Assembly (NCBI GenBank): GCA_964471115.1
Contig: CAYYFE010000008.1
Coordinates: 34,597-98,596 of the forward strand
DNA length: 64,000 nucleotides
Direction: 5' to 3'
Origin: an uncultured Solibacteraceae bacterium
GTDB lineage: Bacteria; Acidobacteriota; Vicinamibacteria; Vicinamibacterales; SCN-69-37
The notes under the pieces: generated by a model
Database searches by the model: none
The model's input: the letters and a program-made list of their open reading frames with translations, nothing else
Told to the model about the DNA's origin: nothing
In this document: in pieces, positions 36,625 to 44,472 of the stretch
Position numbering within the stretch: the first letter of the stretch is position 1
How the letters are laid out: every line of letters begins with the position of its first letter
Made by a program: the position numbers and the translations under genes

Positions 36625-37737
36625 ATGGCCGACACCCACTTTCGTAAAGCGTTCCTGCTGTTCATGGTGGGCGCGCTCACCATCGGGCTGCTGATCGTGC
36701 TGCGCGGCTTCCTGATGACCATTGTCGTCGCCGCGGTCATGGCGGGCCTGCTGCACCCGGTGCACGCGCGGCTGCGCCAGTGGCTCGGCGGGCGGCAGGC
36801 GCCGGCGGCGGGCCTGACCCTGTTCATCACCTTTCTGCTGATCGTGGGTCCGCTGCTGGGCATCGTCAGCCTCGTCGTGCAGCAGGCGGCCGTGATTAAC
36901 GAAAACGTCCGCCCCGTCGTGGAACGCGTCGTGGAGGAGCCGACCTACCTCGACCGGCTGCTGCGCGGGCTGCCCGGGTACGAACTCATCGCGCCGTATC
37001 GAAGTCAGATTCTCACCACTGCCGGCGACGTCGTGAAGTCGATCGGCGGTTTCCTGATGACGTCGCTGCAGAACACCACGCGCGGCACGGTGTCGTTCGT
37101 GTTTCATTTCTTCATCGCGCTGTACACGATGTTCTTCCTGCTCATCGACGGCGCGGGCATGTTGCGCGCCGTGCTGGATCACCTCCCGCTGCACGCCGAT
37201 GAAAAGGACCTGCTGACCCAACGGTTCATGTCGGTCACGCGCGCGACCATCAAGGGCACCATCGTCATCGGCGTCATTCAGGGATCGCTGGCCGGCCTGG
37301 CGTTCTGGGCCGTCGGCATCCCCAATGCCGCGTTCTGGACGGTCGTGATGGTGGTGATGTCGATTCTGCCGGTGATCGGCGGCGCCATCGTCTGGGTGCC
37401 GGCCGTCATCATCCTGTTCGCCACGGGCGCCGTCGGCAAGGCCATCGGCCTGGCGATCTTCTGCGGCCTGGTCGTGGGTTCGATCGACAACCTGCTGCGG
37501 CCCCGGCTGGTCGGCCGCGACACCAAGATGCACGACCTGGTGATCCTCTTCTCGACGCTGGGCGGCCTGGCCGTGTTCGGACCACTCGGCTTCATCATCG
37601 GCCCCGTGCTCGCGGGCCTGTTCGTCACCGGCTGGCAGATCTTCGCGCTGGCCTACCGCGACGAACTCATCGACGGCACCCCGCGCATCCTCACCGCCGA
37701 CGGCAAGGATGCGGAAGGGATGATCGAGGAGGAGTAG
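36625..37737 (+). CDS. AI-2E family transporter (PerM/UPF0118)
   Basis: 370 aa polytopic protein with typical family organisation and motifs (IPNAAFWTVVMVVMSILPVIGGAIVWVP). Confidence 0.7.
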   Translation: MADTHFRKAFLLFMVGALTIGLLIVLRGFLMTIVVAAVMAGLLHPVHARLRQWLGGRQAPAAGLTLFITFLLIVGPLLGIVSLVVQQAAVINENVRPVVERVVEEPTYLDRLLRGLPGYELIAPYRSQILTTAGDVVKSIGGFLMTSLQNTTRGTVSFVFHFFIALYTMFFLLIDGAGMLRAVLDHLPLHADEKDLLTQRFMSVTRATIKGTIVIGVIQGSLAGLAFWAVGIPNAAFWTVVMVVMSILPVIGGAIVWVPAVIILFATGAVGKAIGLAIFCGLVVGSIDNLLRPRLVGRDTKMHDLVILFSTLGGLAVFGPLGFIIGPVLAGLFVTGWQIFALAYRDELIDGTPRILTADGKDAEGMIEEE

Positions 37738-37795
37738 GGTCCGAGGTCCGAGGGTCCAGGGTCCAGGGTCCGAGGGTCCAGGGTCCAGGGTTCGG
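37738..37795. repeat. tandem 7/8-nt array (GGTCCGAG GGTCCAG GGTCCAG, 22-nt super-unit, about 2.5x)
   Basis: The GGTCC core recurs at spacings 7,8,7,7,8,7,7. Starts directly after the AI-2E stop codon. Confidence 0.9.
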
Positions 37796-37884
37796 ACATA
37801 CCTACCCGATGTGGCAGAAACTGCCATGCGTGCCTGGCTGGACGGTGCATGGTGTCGGCACGGCCCTTGGATCATCTGGGCCGC

Positions 37885-38301
37885 ATGGGAATCGGCAGAC
37901 TCGAGGACCTGCAGGCATTCCAGCTCGCCGTACAGCTGAAGCTGGAAATCTACCGGTTGGTGCGCACACACTCGGAGGCAGGCCAGGATTGGCGATATCG
38001 CGACCAGCTGTTTGATGCCGCGCTTGGAGGCGAATCGAACATCGCAGAAGGGTGGAGACGACACAAGGCCGGCGAGATGTGCCAGTTTCTGCGTTTCGCG
38101 TTGGCGTCACTCGAGGAAACCGGCCGCCGACTGCGTGACGGGGTCGATCGCGGCTACTGGTCGAGCGAAAGCACGCAGGTCGCGCTCACACTGTGCGACC
38201 GCTCAATCGGCGCCACGACCAACCTGTGGAAAAGCCTGCAGCCGTTCATTCGGAGAAACAAAAGGGGCCGGCGAAGCGAAGGCTCCACCGACCCCTCATG
38301 A
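37885..38301 (+). CDS. four-helix bundle protein (23S rRNA intervening-sequence protein / Avd family)
   Basis: ATG at 37885. LEDLQAFQLAVQLKLEIYRL...RDQLFDAALGGESNIAEGWRRH...FLRFALASLEETGRRLRD matches the family pattern (AxxSIxxNIAEG, AxGSxxE). Confidence 0.8.
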   Translation: MGIGRLEDLQAFQLAVQLKLEIYRLVRTHSEAGQDWRYRDQLFDAALGGESNIAEGWRRHKAGEMCQFLRFALASLEETGRRLRDGVDRGYWSSESTQVALTLCDRSIGATTNLWKSLQPFIRRNKRGRRSEGSTDPS

Positions 38302-38304
38302 ACA

Positions 38305-38380
38305 CTGGACCCTGGACCCTCGGACCCTGGACCCTGGACCCTCGGACCCTGGACCCTGGACCCTCGGGACCCCGGACCCC
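38305..38380. repeat. tandem 7/8-nt array (CTGGACC CTGGACC CTCGGACC), exact reverse complement of the 37738 array
   Basis: The GGACC core recurs at spacings 7,8,7,7,8,7,7,9,7. The 22-mer ctggaccctggaccctcggacc is the reverse complement of ggtccgagggtccagggtccag. Confidence 0.9.
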
Positions 38381-39090
38381 TACTTCGTCAGCGCAAACCC
38401 CGTGATCTTGACGTCGAGGTTGTGGCCGATGCGCAGACCGACGATGCCGTCGGTGGTCTTGAGTTTGCCTTCGCCGATGGCTTCGGCCACGGGATAGGTG
38501 GCCACGACCTGGCCGTTGACGGCGCACTCGATGTTGCCGGCCTTGACGCTGAGCGCCACGTCCTGCGTGACGGTGCCGTCAGCGCCCGCCTTGCGAATGG
38601 CGGCGTGTGACCCGGCGCGGCGCGACGTGCCGAGCGTAAACAGGCCGTTGGGCGAACTCGGCGAGAAGCCGCGGACGATGAAGTTGCCGTTGCCGTAGAC
38701 CGAGCAGTAGACCAGACCGGGCTTGGGCGTGTTCAGATCCACGCCGCCGATGAACAGGCCGTACGGGTGCGGGTGATTGCTGTGCTTGAGATGGTTGGAC
38801 TCGGCAAAGGTCGCCTTCACGGTGAAGTCGCCCGTGCCGACGTGCGCGGGATTCCAGTAGATGTTGTTCGGGCCGGCGTTGATCTCGATCGTGTCGCCCG
38901 AGGCGACGAACTTCGAGTCGTTGATGCTGCGGCCCTGCTTGAGGGAGTTGGCATCGATCACGTTGCCCTGCCAGCCCGCGCCGGTGATGCCTCCGCCGGG
39001 CACCACACGATCGAGATCCTGCTGGGCGACCACACTCGAGGCCAACACGGTGACGGCAACGGCAAACGTAGCGGCGTACACAACTCGCAT
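38380..39090 (-). CDS. secreted protein, LamG/DUF1080-like beta-sandwich suspected
   Basis: Signal peptide MRVVYAATFAVAVTVLASSVVAQQ. AGGAG Shine-Dalgarno sequence upstream. Family assignment is tentative and from general pattern only. Confidence 0.5.
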   Translation of the reverse strand: MRVVYAATFAVAVTVLASSVVAQQDLDRVVPGGGITGAGWQGNVIDANSLKQGRSINDSKFVASGDTIEINAGPNNIYWNPAHVGTGDFTVKATFAESNHLKHSNHPHPYGLFIGGVDLNTPKPGLVYCSVYGNGNFIVRGFSPSSPNGLFTLGTSRRAGSHAAIRKAGADGTVTQDVALSVKAGNIECAVNGQVVATYPVAEAIGEGKLKTTDGIVGLRIGHNLDVKITGFALTK

Positions 39091-39141
39091 GAGAGGCTCC
39101 TGCTCTGAAAGAAAGGGAAAATCCGGAGGTTCAGGATACCG

Positions 39142-39915
39142 CTACTTGACCGCGACCTGATAGACCCTGGGCCATTTCTTGCCGGTCACGAAAATCCGCT
39201 TGCCGGCCGGGTCGTACGCGATGCCGTTGAAGACGTCGGCCGAGGGCGTCCGCCGGTAGGGCGGCCACAGGGTGGAGAAATCCACCCAGGCGTTGACGAC
39301 CCCGGTCGACGGATTGATGCGCGCGACGCGATCGGTCATCCAGACATTGGCCCAGATCTCGCCCTCGATCCACTCCAGTTCGTTCAGCTGCGACACCGGC
39401 TGTCCGGCATCAGTCACCCGCAGGCTGCGCAGCACCTTCCTGGTCTTCGGGTCGAGCCAGAAGAGCGTGTCGCTGCCGTCGCTCATGACCAGGCCGCCCT
39501 TGGCGTCATAGGCGATGCCCCAGCCTTCGGTGGCGTAGGAAAACGTGCCCTTCGGGGTGAAGGTCTTGCGGTCGTACACGAAGCCGACGTTGTGCTGCCA
39601 GGTCAGCTGCAGCAGCTCGTCGCCCACCAGCGCGAGGCCTTCGCCGAAGTACTTCGCGTCGATGGCGCGCCGCTGCAGCACCCTGCCGGTGGCGATCTCC
39701 ACGCGGCGGATCGTCGACTCGCCGTGCAGCCCGGTGCTTTCGTAGAACTCGCCATCCACGTAGACGAGGCCCTGCGTGAACGCCTCGGGATCGTGCGGAA
39801 AGGACTGCACGACCGTGAAACTCTGGACCGGCGCGCCGCGCCGCTGCGCGGCCGTCTGTGGCGCAGCGACCAGGCACACGACGAGGGCGAGCAGGACCAG
39901 TGTCAGTCGTGTCAT
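39142..39915 (-). CDS. glutaminyl-peptide cyclotransferase (plant/bacterial beta-propeller type)
   Basis: FPHDPEAFTQGLVY...FYESTGLHGESTIRRVE...GEGLAL...LTWQ...GWG are family hallmarks. Confidence 0.8.
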   Translation of the reverse strand: MTRLTLVLLALVVCLVAAPQTAAQRRGAPVQSFTVVQSFPHDPEAFTQGLVYVDGEFYESTGLHGESTIRRVEIATGRVLQRRAIDAKYFGEGLALVGDELLQLTWQHNVGFVYDRKTFTPKGTFSYATEGWGIAYDAKGGLVMSDGSDTLFWLDPKTRKVLRSLRVTDAGQPVSQLNELEWIEGEIWANVWMTDRVARINPSTGVVNAWVDFSTLWPPYRRTPSADVFNGIAYDPAGKRIFVTGKKWPRVYQVAVK

Positions 39916-39960
39916 GGTGTCCCCAGCCTACCGTACGCGACGGCCGTTCCCGAAGCGGCG

Positions 39961-40701
39961 CTACCGCGCCTGCCAGCTGCCGTACATCGGATTGGGCAGC
40001 ACGAAGTACTTCGCGCCGAACGCCGCGAACGCGGCGTCGGGCTGCTGCCGCAGCGCCTGCGACAACGCCGGGAAATCCAGGATGTTGTCGCCCAGCACGG
40101 CCACCACCTCCACCGGCGCGGACGCGCCAAACGCGCGGCCGGCCGCGACGCTGGCAAACCGCGGATTCTTGTCGGAGGGCTGGCCGTCGGGCCGGCACAA
40201 CATCACATCAAACGGCAGGCCGTGCGCGCGGAACACCTCGCGGGTGTCCTCACACTCCGACTCGAGGCGATTGGTCACGATCGCGATGCGCCCGCCCAGC
40301 GCGGCCACCTGGCGAAGAAACGCCGCGCTGCCTGGGATGGGCACGGCCTCGCGGCGCCGCACCCACGCGTTCCACGACTCCGGCGTGAAGACGAGGCCCT
40401 GTCGTTCGCGCTCGACCTGATACAGCGAGTTGTCGAGCACGGTCTCGTCCGCGTCCAGGATGACCGCCCACGTGCCGGTCTGCCGGTCCCGCACGGCTGC
40501 GGCCACGTGGGTCAGCGCCTGCTGGTAGATCTGCCGCGTCAACGCGGCGTATTCCGCGGACTGACGCACCCACGTCGTTCCGTTGGTGACCGCATGCGCC
40601 GACGGAGCGGCGCCCGGCGCGGTCGCGGCAGGCGGCGTCCGCGCGGCGCACGCGGCGAGGACCGGCACGGCCAGCACACTGACGAACAGTCGTCGAACCA
40701 T
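39961..40701 (-). CDS. HAD superfamily acid phosphatase, class B/C (e(P4)-like lipoprotein)
   Basis: Lipobox VLAAC. DDDD-family motif ILDADETVLDN. C-terminal GDNILDF. Confidence 0.75.
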   Translation of the reverse strand: MVRRLFVSVLAVPVLAACAARTPPAATAPGAAPSAHAVTNGTTWVRQSAEYAALTRQIYQQALTHVAAAVRDRQTGTWAVILDADETVLDNSLYQVERERQGLVFTPESWNAWVRRREAVPIPGSAAFLRQVAALGGRIAIVTNRLESECEDTREVFRAHGLPFDVMLCRPDGQPSDKNPRFASVAAGRAFGASAPVEVVAVLGDNILDFPALSQALRQQPDAAFAAFGAKYFVLPNPMYGSWQAR

Positions 40702-40725
40702 GGCGTCAGCCTACCCTGTTGCCGG

Positions 40726-41136
40726 TCAGCGGTCCACGAGCAGCCCGTCGGCCGACGGCGACTGTGTCACTTCCCAGCGATTGCCGTCCGGATCGGTCAG
40801 CAGGAAGCTGCGCTCGCCCCACGGATGGTCCTTCGGCGGCCCGCTCAGTTCGAACGAATACCGGTCCCGCATCGCGAGCAGACGCGCGTGCGCCGCATCG
40901 ACGTCGGCGACGGTCAGGCCTGTCGATACGCCACGCCGAGAGGCGGCCGCATCGAATGTCGCGGCTGACGCGCCGACCGGCACGAAGAAGGCAATGCGGA
41001 ACTTCGACGGCAGGACGAACTCCGCGAACATGTCGTTCTCGAACGCCGGCGATTGTTCGAACGCCTCCGCGAAGAACCGTGTGATGGACGTGACGTCGGC
41101 CGTCGCGATGACCAGGTGTGAGACCGCCCGCAACAT
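40726..41136 (-). CDS. VOC/glyoxalase family protein
   Basis: ATG at 41136 (MLRAVSHLVIATADV). C-terminal WGERSFLLTDPDGNRWEV is typical of glyoxalase/bleomycin-resistance folds. Confidence 0.7.
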   Translation of the reverse strand: MLRAVSHLVIATADVTSITRFFAEAFEQSPAFENDMFAEFVLPSKFRIAFFVPVGASAATFDAAASRRGVSTGLTVADVDAAHARLLAMRDRYSFELSGPPKDHPWGERSFLLTDPDGNRWEVTQSPSADGLLVDR

Positions 41137-41156
41137 CCGCGCAGTATACTGGCGGC

Positions 41157-41681
41157 ATGTCGCGCGCCGCGTCGGCACTCGGGTGGCTGCTCGCGCTGAT
41201 GCCGGCGATGCTGCTTGCCGCGCAGGACGTCGTGGTGCCGGCCGACCAGATCAACGCGCTCAAGCGCGAGTACACCTTCATCCGGTTTTCGCAGTTGACC
41301 CACCTTGACGCGCCGCTGCCCCCGCGCCACGACCTGGGCAGCGCCTCGCGTCCGGCGCCGTCGGCGTCGCTCATTCCCTCAGGGGCGCGCGCGTTCCATC
41401 AGCGCAAGGTTTCGATTCGCGGCTACGTCGTGCCGGTGGACGTGGACCGCCGCGGGATCCGCGAGTTCATCCTGTCGTCGAACATCGACTCGTGCCACTT
41501 CGGCGTCATCGGCGGCCCCGACGAATGGATCTACGTCACCATGGCCGGCGACCGCCGGATTCCCGCGCCAGGCACACAACCCGTCACCGTGTTCGGCGTC
41601 ATCGACGTCGGCGAACAGGTCAGCGACGGGGTCGTCGACAGCCTGTATCGCATGCGCGGCGAGCGCGTGGCCCTGCACTGA
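41157..41681 (+). CDS. DUF3299-like secreted protein
   Basis: ATG at 41157 with a signal peptide. KVSIRGYVVPVD...EFILSSNIDSCHFG resembles the DUF3299 pattern. Confidence 0.5.
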   Translation: MSRAASALGWLLALMPAMLLAAQDVVVPADQINALKREYTFIRFSQLTHLDAPLPPRHDLGSASRPAPSASLIPSGARAFHQRKVSIRGYVVPVDVDRRGIREFILSSNIDSCHFGVIGGPDEWIYVTMAGDRRIPAPGTQPVTVFGVIDVGEQVSDGVVDSLYRMRGERVALH

Positions 41682-41695
41682 CGCTTGTCACGGTT

Positions 41696-41886
41696 CAACC
41701 ATGGAGTACATGAAGATCCATGGAGAAATACGTGTCCGGGGTTGGGCGCCGCCGGAGGCGGCGGCAGCGAGGCGTGGGGGACGGCTTTCTCGTGTGACGT
41801 CCCCCTCGCCTCGCACGGCCCGGCACAGCCGGGCCCCCAACCCCGGTCCGCATTTTCTTCATGGCCCTTCGTGGCCTCCATGGTGA
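41696..41886 (+). repeat. palindromic four-way-junction element, copy B
   Basis: Runs from caaccatggagtacatgaagatccatggag to cttcgtggcctccatggtga. CCGGGGTTGGG/CCCAACCCCGG pairing, hairpins GCCGCCggaGGCGGC and GGCCCGGCacaGCCGGGCC, and a short central hairpin. Confidence 0.85.
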
Positions 41887-41892
41887 GCTGGT

Positions 41893-42570
41893 TTATCGCC
41901 AGCGGCCACGAGACGGCCCGAAGTCGACGTACTCCGACAACATCGCCATGATGTCTTCCGGCTGCAGGCCGTAGGGCACGCGGTCGCGGAAGCGCAGGTT
42001 GAAACGTGACCCGCCATGCAGGCGCCGGAACGCGACCCGATCTTCCTTCAGCATCGACAGCTGCGCCCGCTCGATGGCGATGCGGTGGTTCTCACGCTCA
42101 CGCCACGCCCGCAGGCCGTCCAGTTCGCGCTCCAGACGACGACGCCGCTCGCGGTTGGGCTCGTTGCGAATCTCGCGTTCGAGTGACCGCTCGCGGTCGG
42201 ACTTCTCGATGAACGGGATGTGCGCGGACGTGTCGGTGTCGTCGAAGAAGGTGCCGTAGCCGCCGCCGTCGAGCTGGACTTCAATGAGGTCCTTCTTCAC
42301 CTTGACGAGGGTCACGACCGCGGTCTCTCCCGCGGGAATCGCGACGCCAAACTGCCGTAGGTGACGCCGATAGTCGTCGGCGTCGAGCGACCGGCGCGAG
42401 TCGGGATGCAGGTTCACCCCTTCGTGGGTGCCGGGCATGTCAATACGCACCGTGACCCGCCGCCCTTCGAGCCAATCCTTCAACCGCGCCTCGCTGGTCG
42501 CCCCAAGCGGAACGACGGCCACCCCCACGAACGCGATCACCACTGCTGCTGAATACCGAAGTCGTGCCAT
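41893..42570 (-). CDS. hypothetical protein with signal anchor and Arg/Glu-rich coiled-coil segment
   Basis: ATG at 42570 (MARLRYSAAVVIAFVGVAVVPLG). No family recognised. Confidence 0.45.
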   Translation of the reverse strand: MARLRYSAAVVIAFVGVAVVPLGATSEARLKDWLEGRRVTVRIDMPGTHEGVNLHPDSRRSLDADDYRRHLRQFGVAIPAGETAVVTLVKVKKDLIEVQLDGGGYGTFFDDTDTSAHIPFIEKSDRERSLEREIRNEPNRERRRRLERELDGLRAWRERENHRIAIERAQLSMLKEDRVAFRRLHGGSRFNLRFRDRVPYGLQPEDIMAMLSEYVDFGPSRGRWR

Positions 42571-42679
42571 ACAAAACGTTCTCCGCCCGCCTGCATTGCA
42601 ACGGCAATGCCAACAGGGCGTCAGAGGGGAAGGTCCGAGCGACCGGCTGACGTTGTCCTCTGGTGAGGGCAAGAGCCAT

Positions 42680-42906
42680 CAACCATGGAGCACATGAAGA
42701 TCCATGGAGGAATACGTACCCGGGGTTGGGCGCCGCCGGAGGCGGCGGCAGCGGGGCGAGGCGCGAGCCAAACGAAAGAAGCTTGGGAGCCGTCAAGGAT
42801 GGCTTCTTTCGTATTGGCTCGTGCCTCGCCCCGGCTCGGCCCGGCACAGCCGGGCCCCCAACCCCGGTACGCATTTCTTCATGGCCCTTCATGGCCTCCA
42901 TGGTGA
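42680..42906 (+). repeat. palindromic four-way-junction element, copy C
   Basis: Same termini and hairpins as copies B and D. Central hairpin is ggggcgaggcgcgagccaaacgaaagaagc / ggcttctttcgtattggctcgtgcctcgcccc. Confidence 0.9.
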
Positions 42907-42941
42907 AAGAGCTCTGGCACCGCGATTGCTACAACGAACGC

Positions 42942-43334
42942 ATGTCAGACGTCCGCCGAAGCCCCGTCTCGGCCGCCATCATCGGCGCCGCCATCGAAGT
43001 TCACCGGGAGCTCGGCCCCGGCCTCCTCGAAAGCGCCTACAAGACCTGCCTGGTTCATGAACTGCGATCCAGAGGCGTGCTCGTTGAGCGCGAGGTGCCG
43101 ATTCCGGTGGTGTTCAAGGGTCAACACATGGACTGCGGTTTTCGGGCAGATCTGCTCGTGGCGAACGAGGTCCTGTGCGAGGTCAAGAGCGTCGACCGCC
43201 TGCTTCCGGTTCACACCGCGCAAGTGTTGACCTACCTGCGGCTGAGTCAGGCCTCGCAGGCGCTTCTGATCAACTTCAACAGCGCAACGCTGCTGGCGGG
43301 CCTGAAGAGCTACCTCAGACCCGGGACGATGTGA
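42942..43334 (+). CDS. GxxExxY protein (PD-(D/E)XK-like small protein family)
   Basis: ATG at 42942. IIGAAIEVHRELGPGLLESAYKTCLVHEL contains the G-x-x-E-x-x-Y signature (GLLESAY). CGFRADLLV...EVKSV is PD-(D/E)XK-like. Confidence 0.8.
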   Translation: MSDVRRSPVSAAIIGAAIEVHRELGPGLLESAYKTCLVHELRSRGVLVEREVPIPVVFKGQHMDCGFRADLLVANEVLCEVKSVDRLLPVHTAQVLTYLRLSQASQALLINFNSATLLAGLKSYLRPGTM

Positions 43335-43370
43335 CCCGTCCACCATGGAGATGGGAAATCGATGACCCAT

Positions 43371-43594
43371 CAACCATGGAGCACCTGACGATCCATGGAG
43401 GAATACGTATCCGGGGTTGGGCGCCGCCGGAGGCGGCGGCAGCGGGGCGAGGCACGGGCCGGGCGAAAGAAGCTGCCGAGCGATCAAGATAGCTTCTTTC
43501 GTCCGGCCCGTGCCTCACCCCGCTCGGCCCGGCATAGCCGGGCCCCCAACCCCGGTCCGCATTTCTTCATGGCCCTTCATGGCCTCCATGGTGA
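43371..43594 (+). repeat. palindromic four-way-junction element, copy D
   Basis: Same termini and hairpins as copy C. The central hairpin differs from copy C by compensated changes (gggccggg / tccggccc versus gagccaaa / tattggctc). Confidence 0.9.
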
Positions 43595-43616
43595 AAAAGG
43601 TCCTATACTCCGCCGC

Positions 43617-44462
43617 ATGCGTAAAGCCGCCATCCTCACCGCCATGGTTGCGGCGTGTCTGACGCCCTCCATCGCTTCTGCCACCTGGTCCATCGTCGCC
43701 GTCGACCTGGCCACCAAGCGGGTCGTGATCGCGTCGGCCACCTGCGTCAACCGGGACGACCAGTTCCTGATGGGGGTGCAGGCCGTCATCGTCCCCGGTG
43801 TGGGCGTGGCCGCGTGTCAGGCGTCGGTCGACGGCACCAAGCAGAACCAGATGCTGGTGTTCCGTGAACTGCAGAAGGGCACCGACCCGAAGGCGATCAT
43901 CGAACTGCTCAGCGCCGACCCCGCGTTCCAGTCGCGCCAGTTCGGCATCGTGGACCTGCAGGGCCGGTTCGCCGGCCACTCGGGCCTGACCAACGGTTAT
44001 GTGTCACAGGACGTGCAGGGCCGCGTGCCGGGCACGGACATCTACTACTCGATTCAGGGCAACATCCTCCGGCCGGGTCTGGTGGTGCCCAATGCGGAGG
44101 CCGCGTTCCTCAAGAGCGGCGGCGCGTTGACCGATCGCGTGATGGCGGCGATGGAGGCCGCCGATGGATCCGGCGGCGACGGCCGCTGTTCGTGTCCGCC
44201 GTGGCCGACCGACGGCAGCCGCCCGGCCATTGCATGCGACGGCAAGACGGCCGACGTGGCGTACATCCTCATGGCAGAGGCCACCGACACCAACGGCGAC
44301 TCGCACAACAACGGCAAGTACGCGATGTATCTGACGGTGTCGCAACCCGGAGAGAACCGCGGCGCAGGCGCGATCAAGCCCGGCGAAAACCTCAATCCCG
44401 TGAAGACGCTGCGCATGCGTTACGACGCGTGGCGCAAGACGCAGCCGGCCTCCTTCCGCTGA
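43617..44462 (+). CDS. DUF1028 family (Ntn-hydrolase-like) protein
   Basis: ATG at 43617. The signal peptide ends in SATWSIVAVD, matching the T(F/W)SIVA N-terminal nucleophile signature of DUF1028. Confidence 0.6.
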   Translation: MRKAAILTAMVAACLTPSIASATWSIVAVDLATKRVVIASATCVNRDDQFLMGVQAVIVPGVGVAACQASVDGTKQNQMLVFRELQKGTDPKAIIELLSADPAFQSRQFGIVDLQGRFAGHSGLTNGYVSQDVQGRVPGTDIYYSIQGNILRPGLVVPNAEAAFLKSGGALTDRVMAAMEAADGSGGDGRCSCPPWPTDGSRPAIACDGKTADVAYILMAEATDTNGDSHNNGKYAMYLTVSQPGENRGAGAIKPGENLNPVKTLRMRYDAWRKTQPASFR

Positions 44463-44472
44463 GGTGACCACC

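Noticed and set aside
36565-38064. 499-aa minus-strand ORF
   Set aside because: It is antisense to the AI-2E transporter and runs through the tandem array and the four-helix-bundle gene start. It has no motifs and high Arg/Asp/His/Gln bias.
37885-38301. Possibility that the four-helix-bundle (Avd-like) gene marks a diversity-generating retroelement
   Set aside because: No reverse transcriptase gene and no template/variable repeat pair were found nearby. The flanking repeats are simple tandem arrays, not TR/VR.
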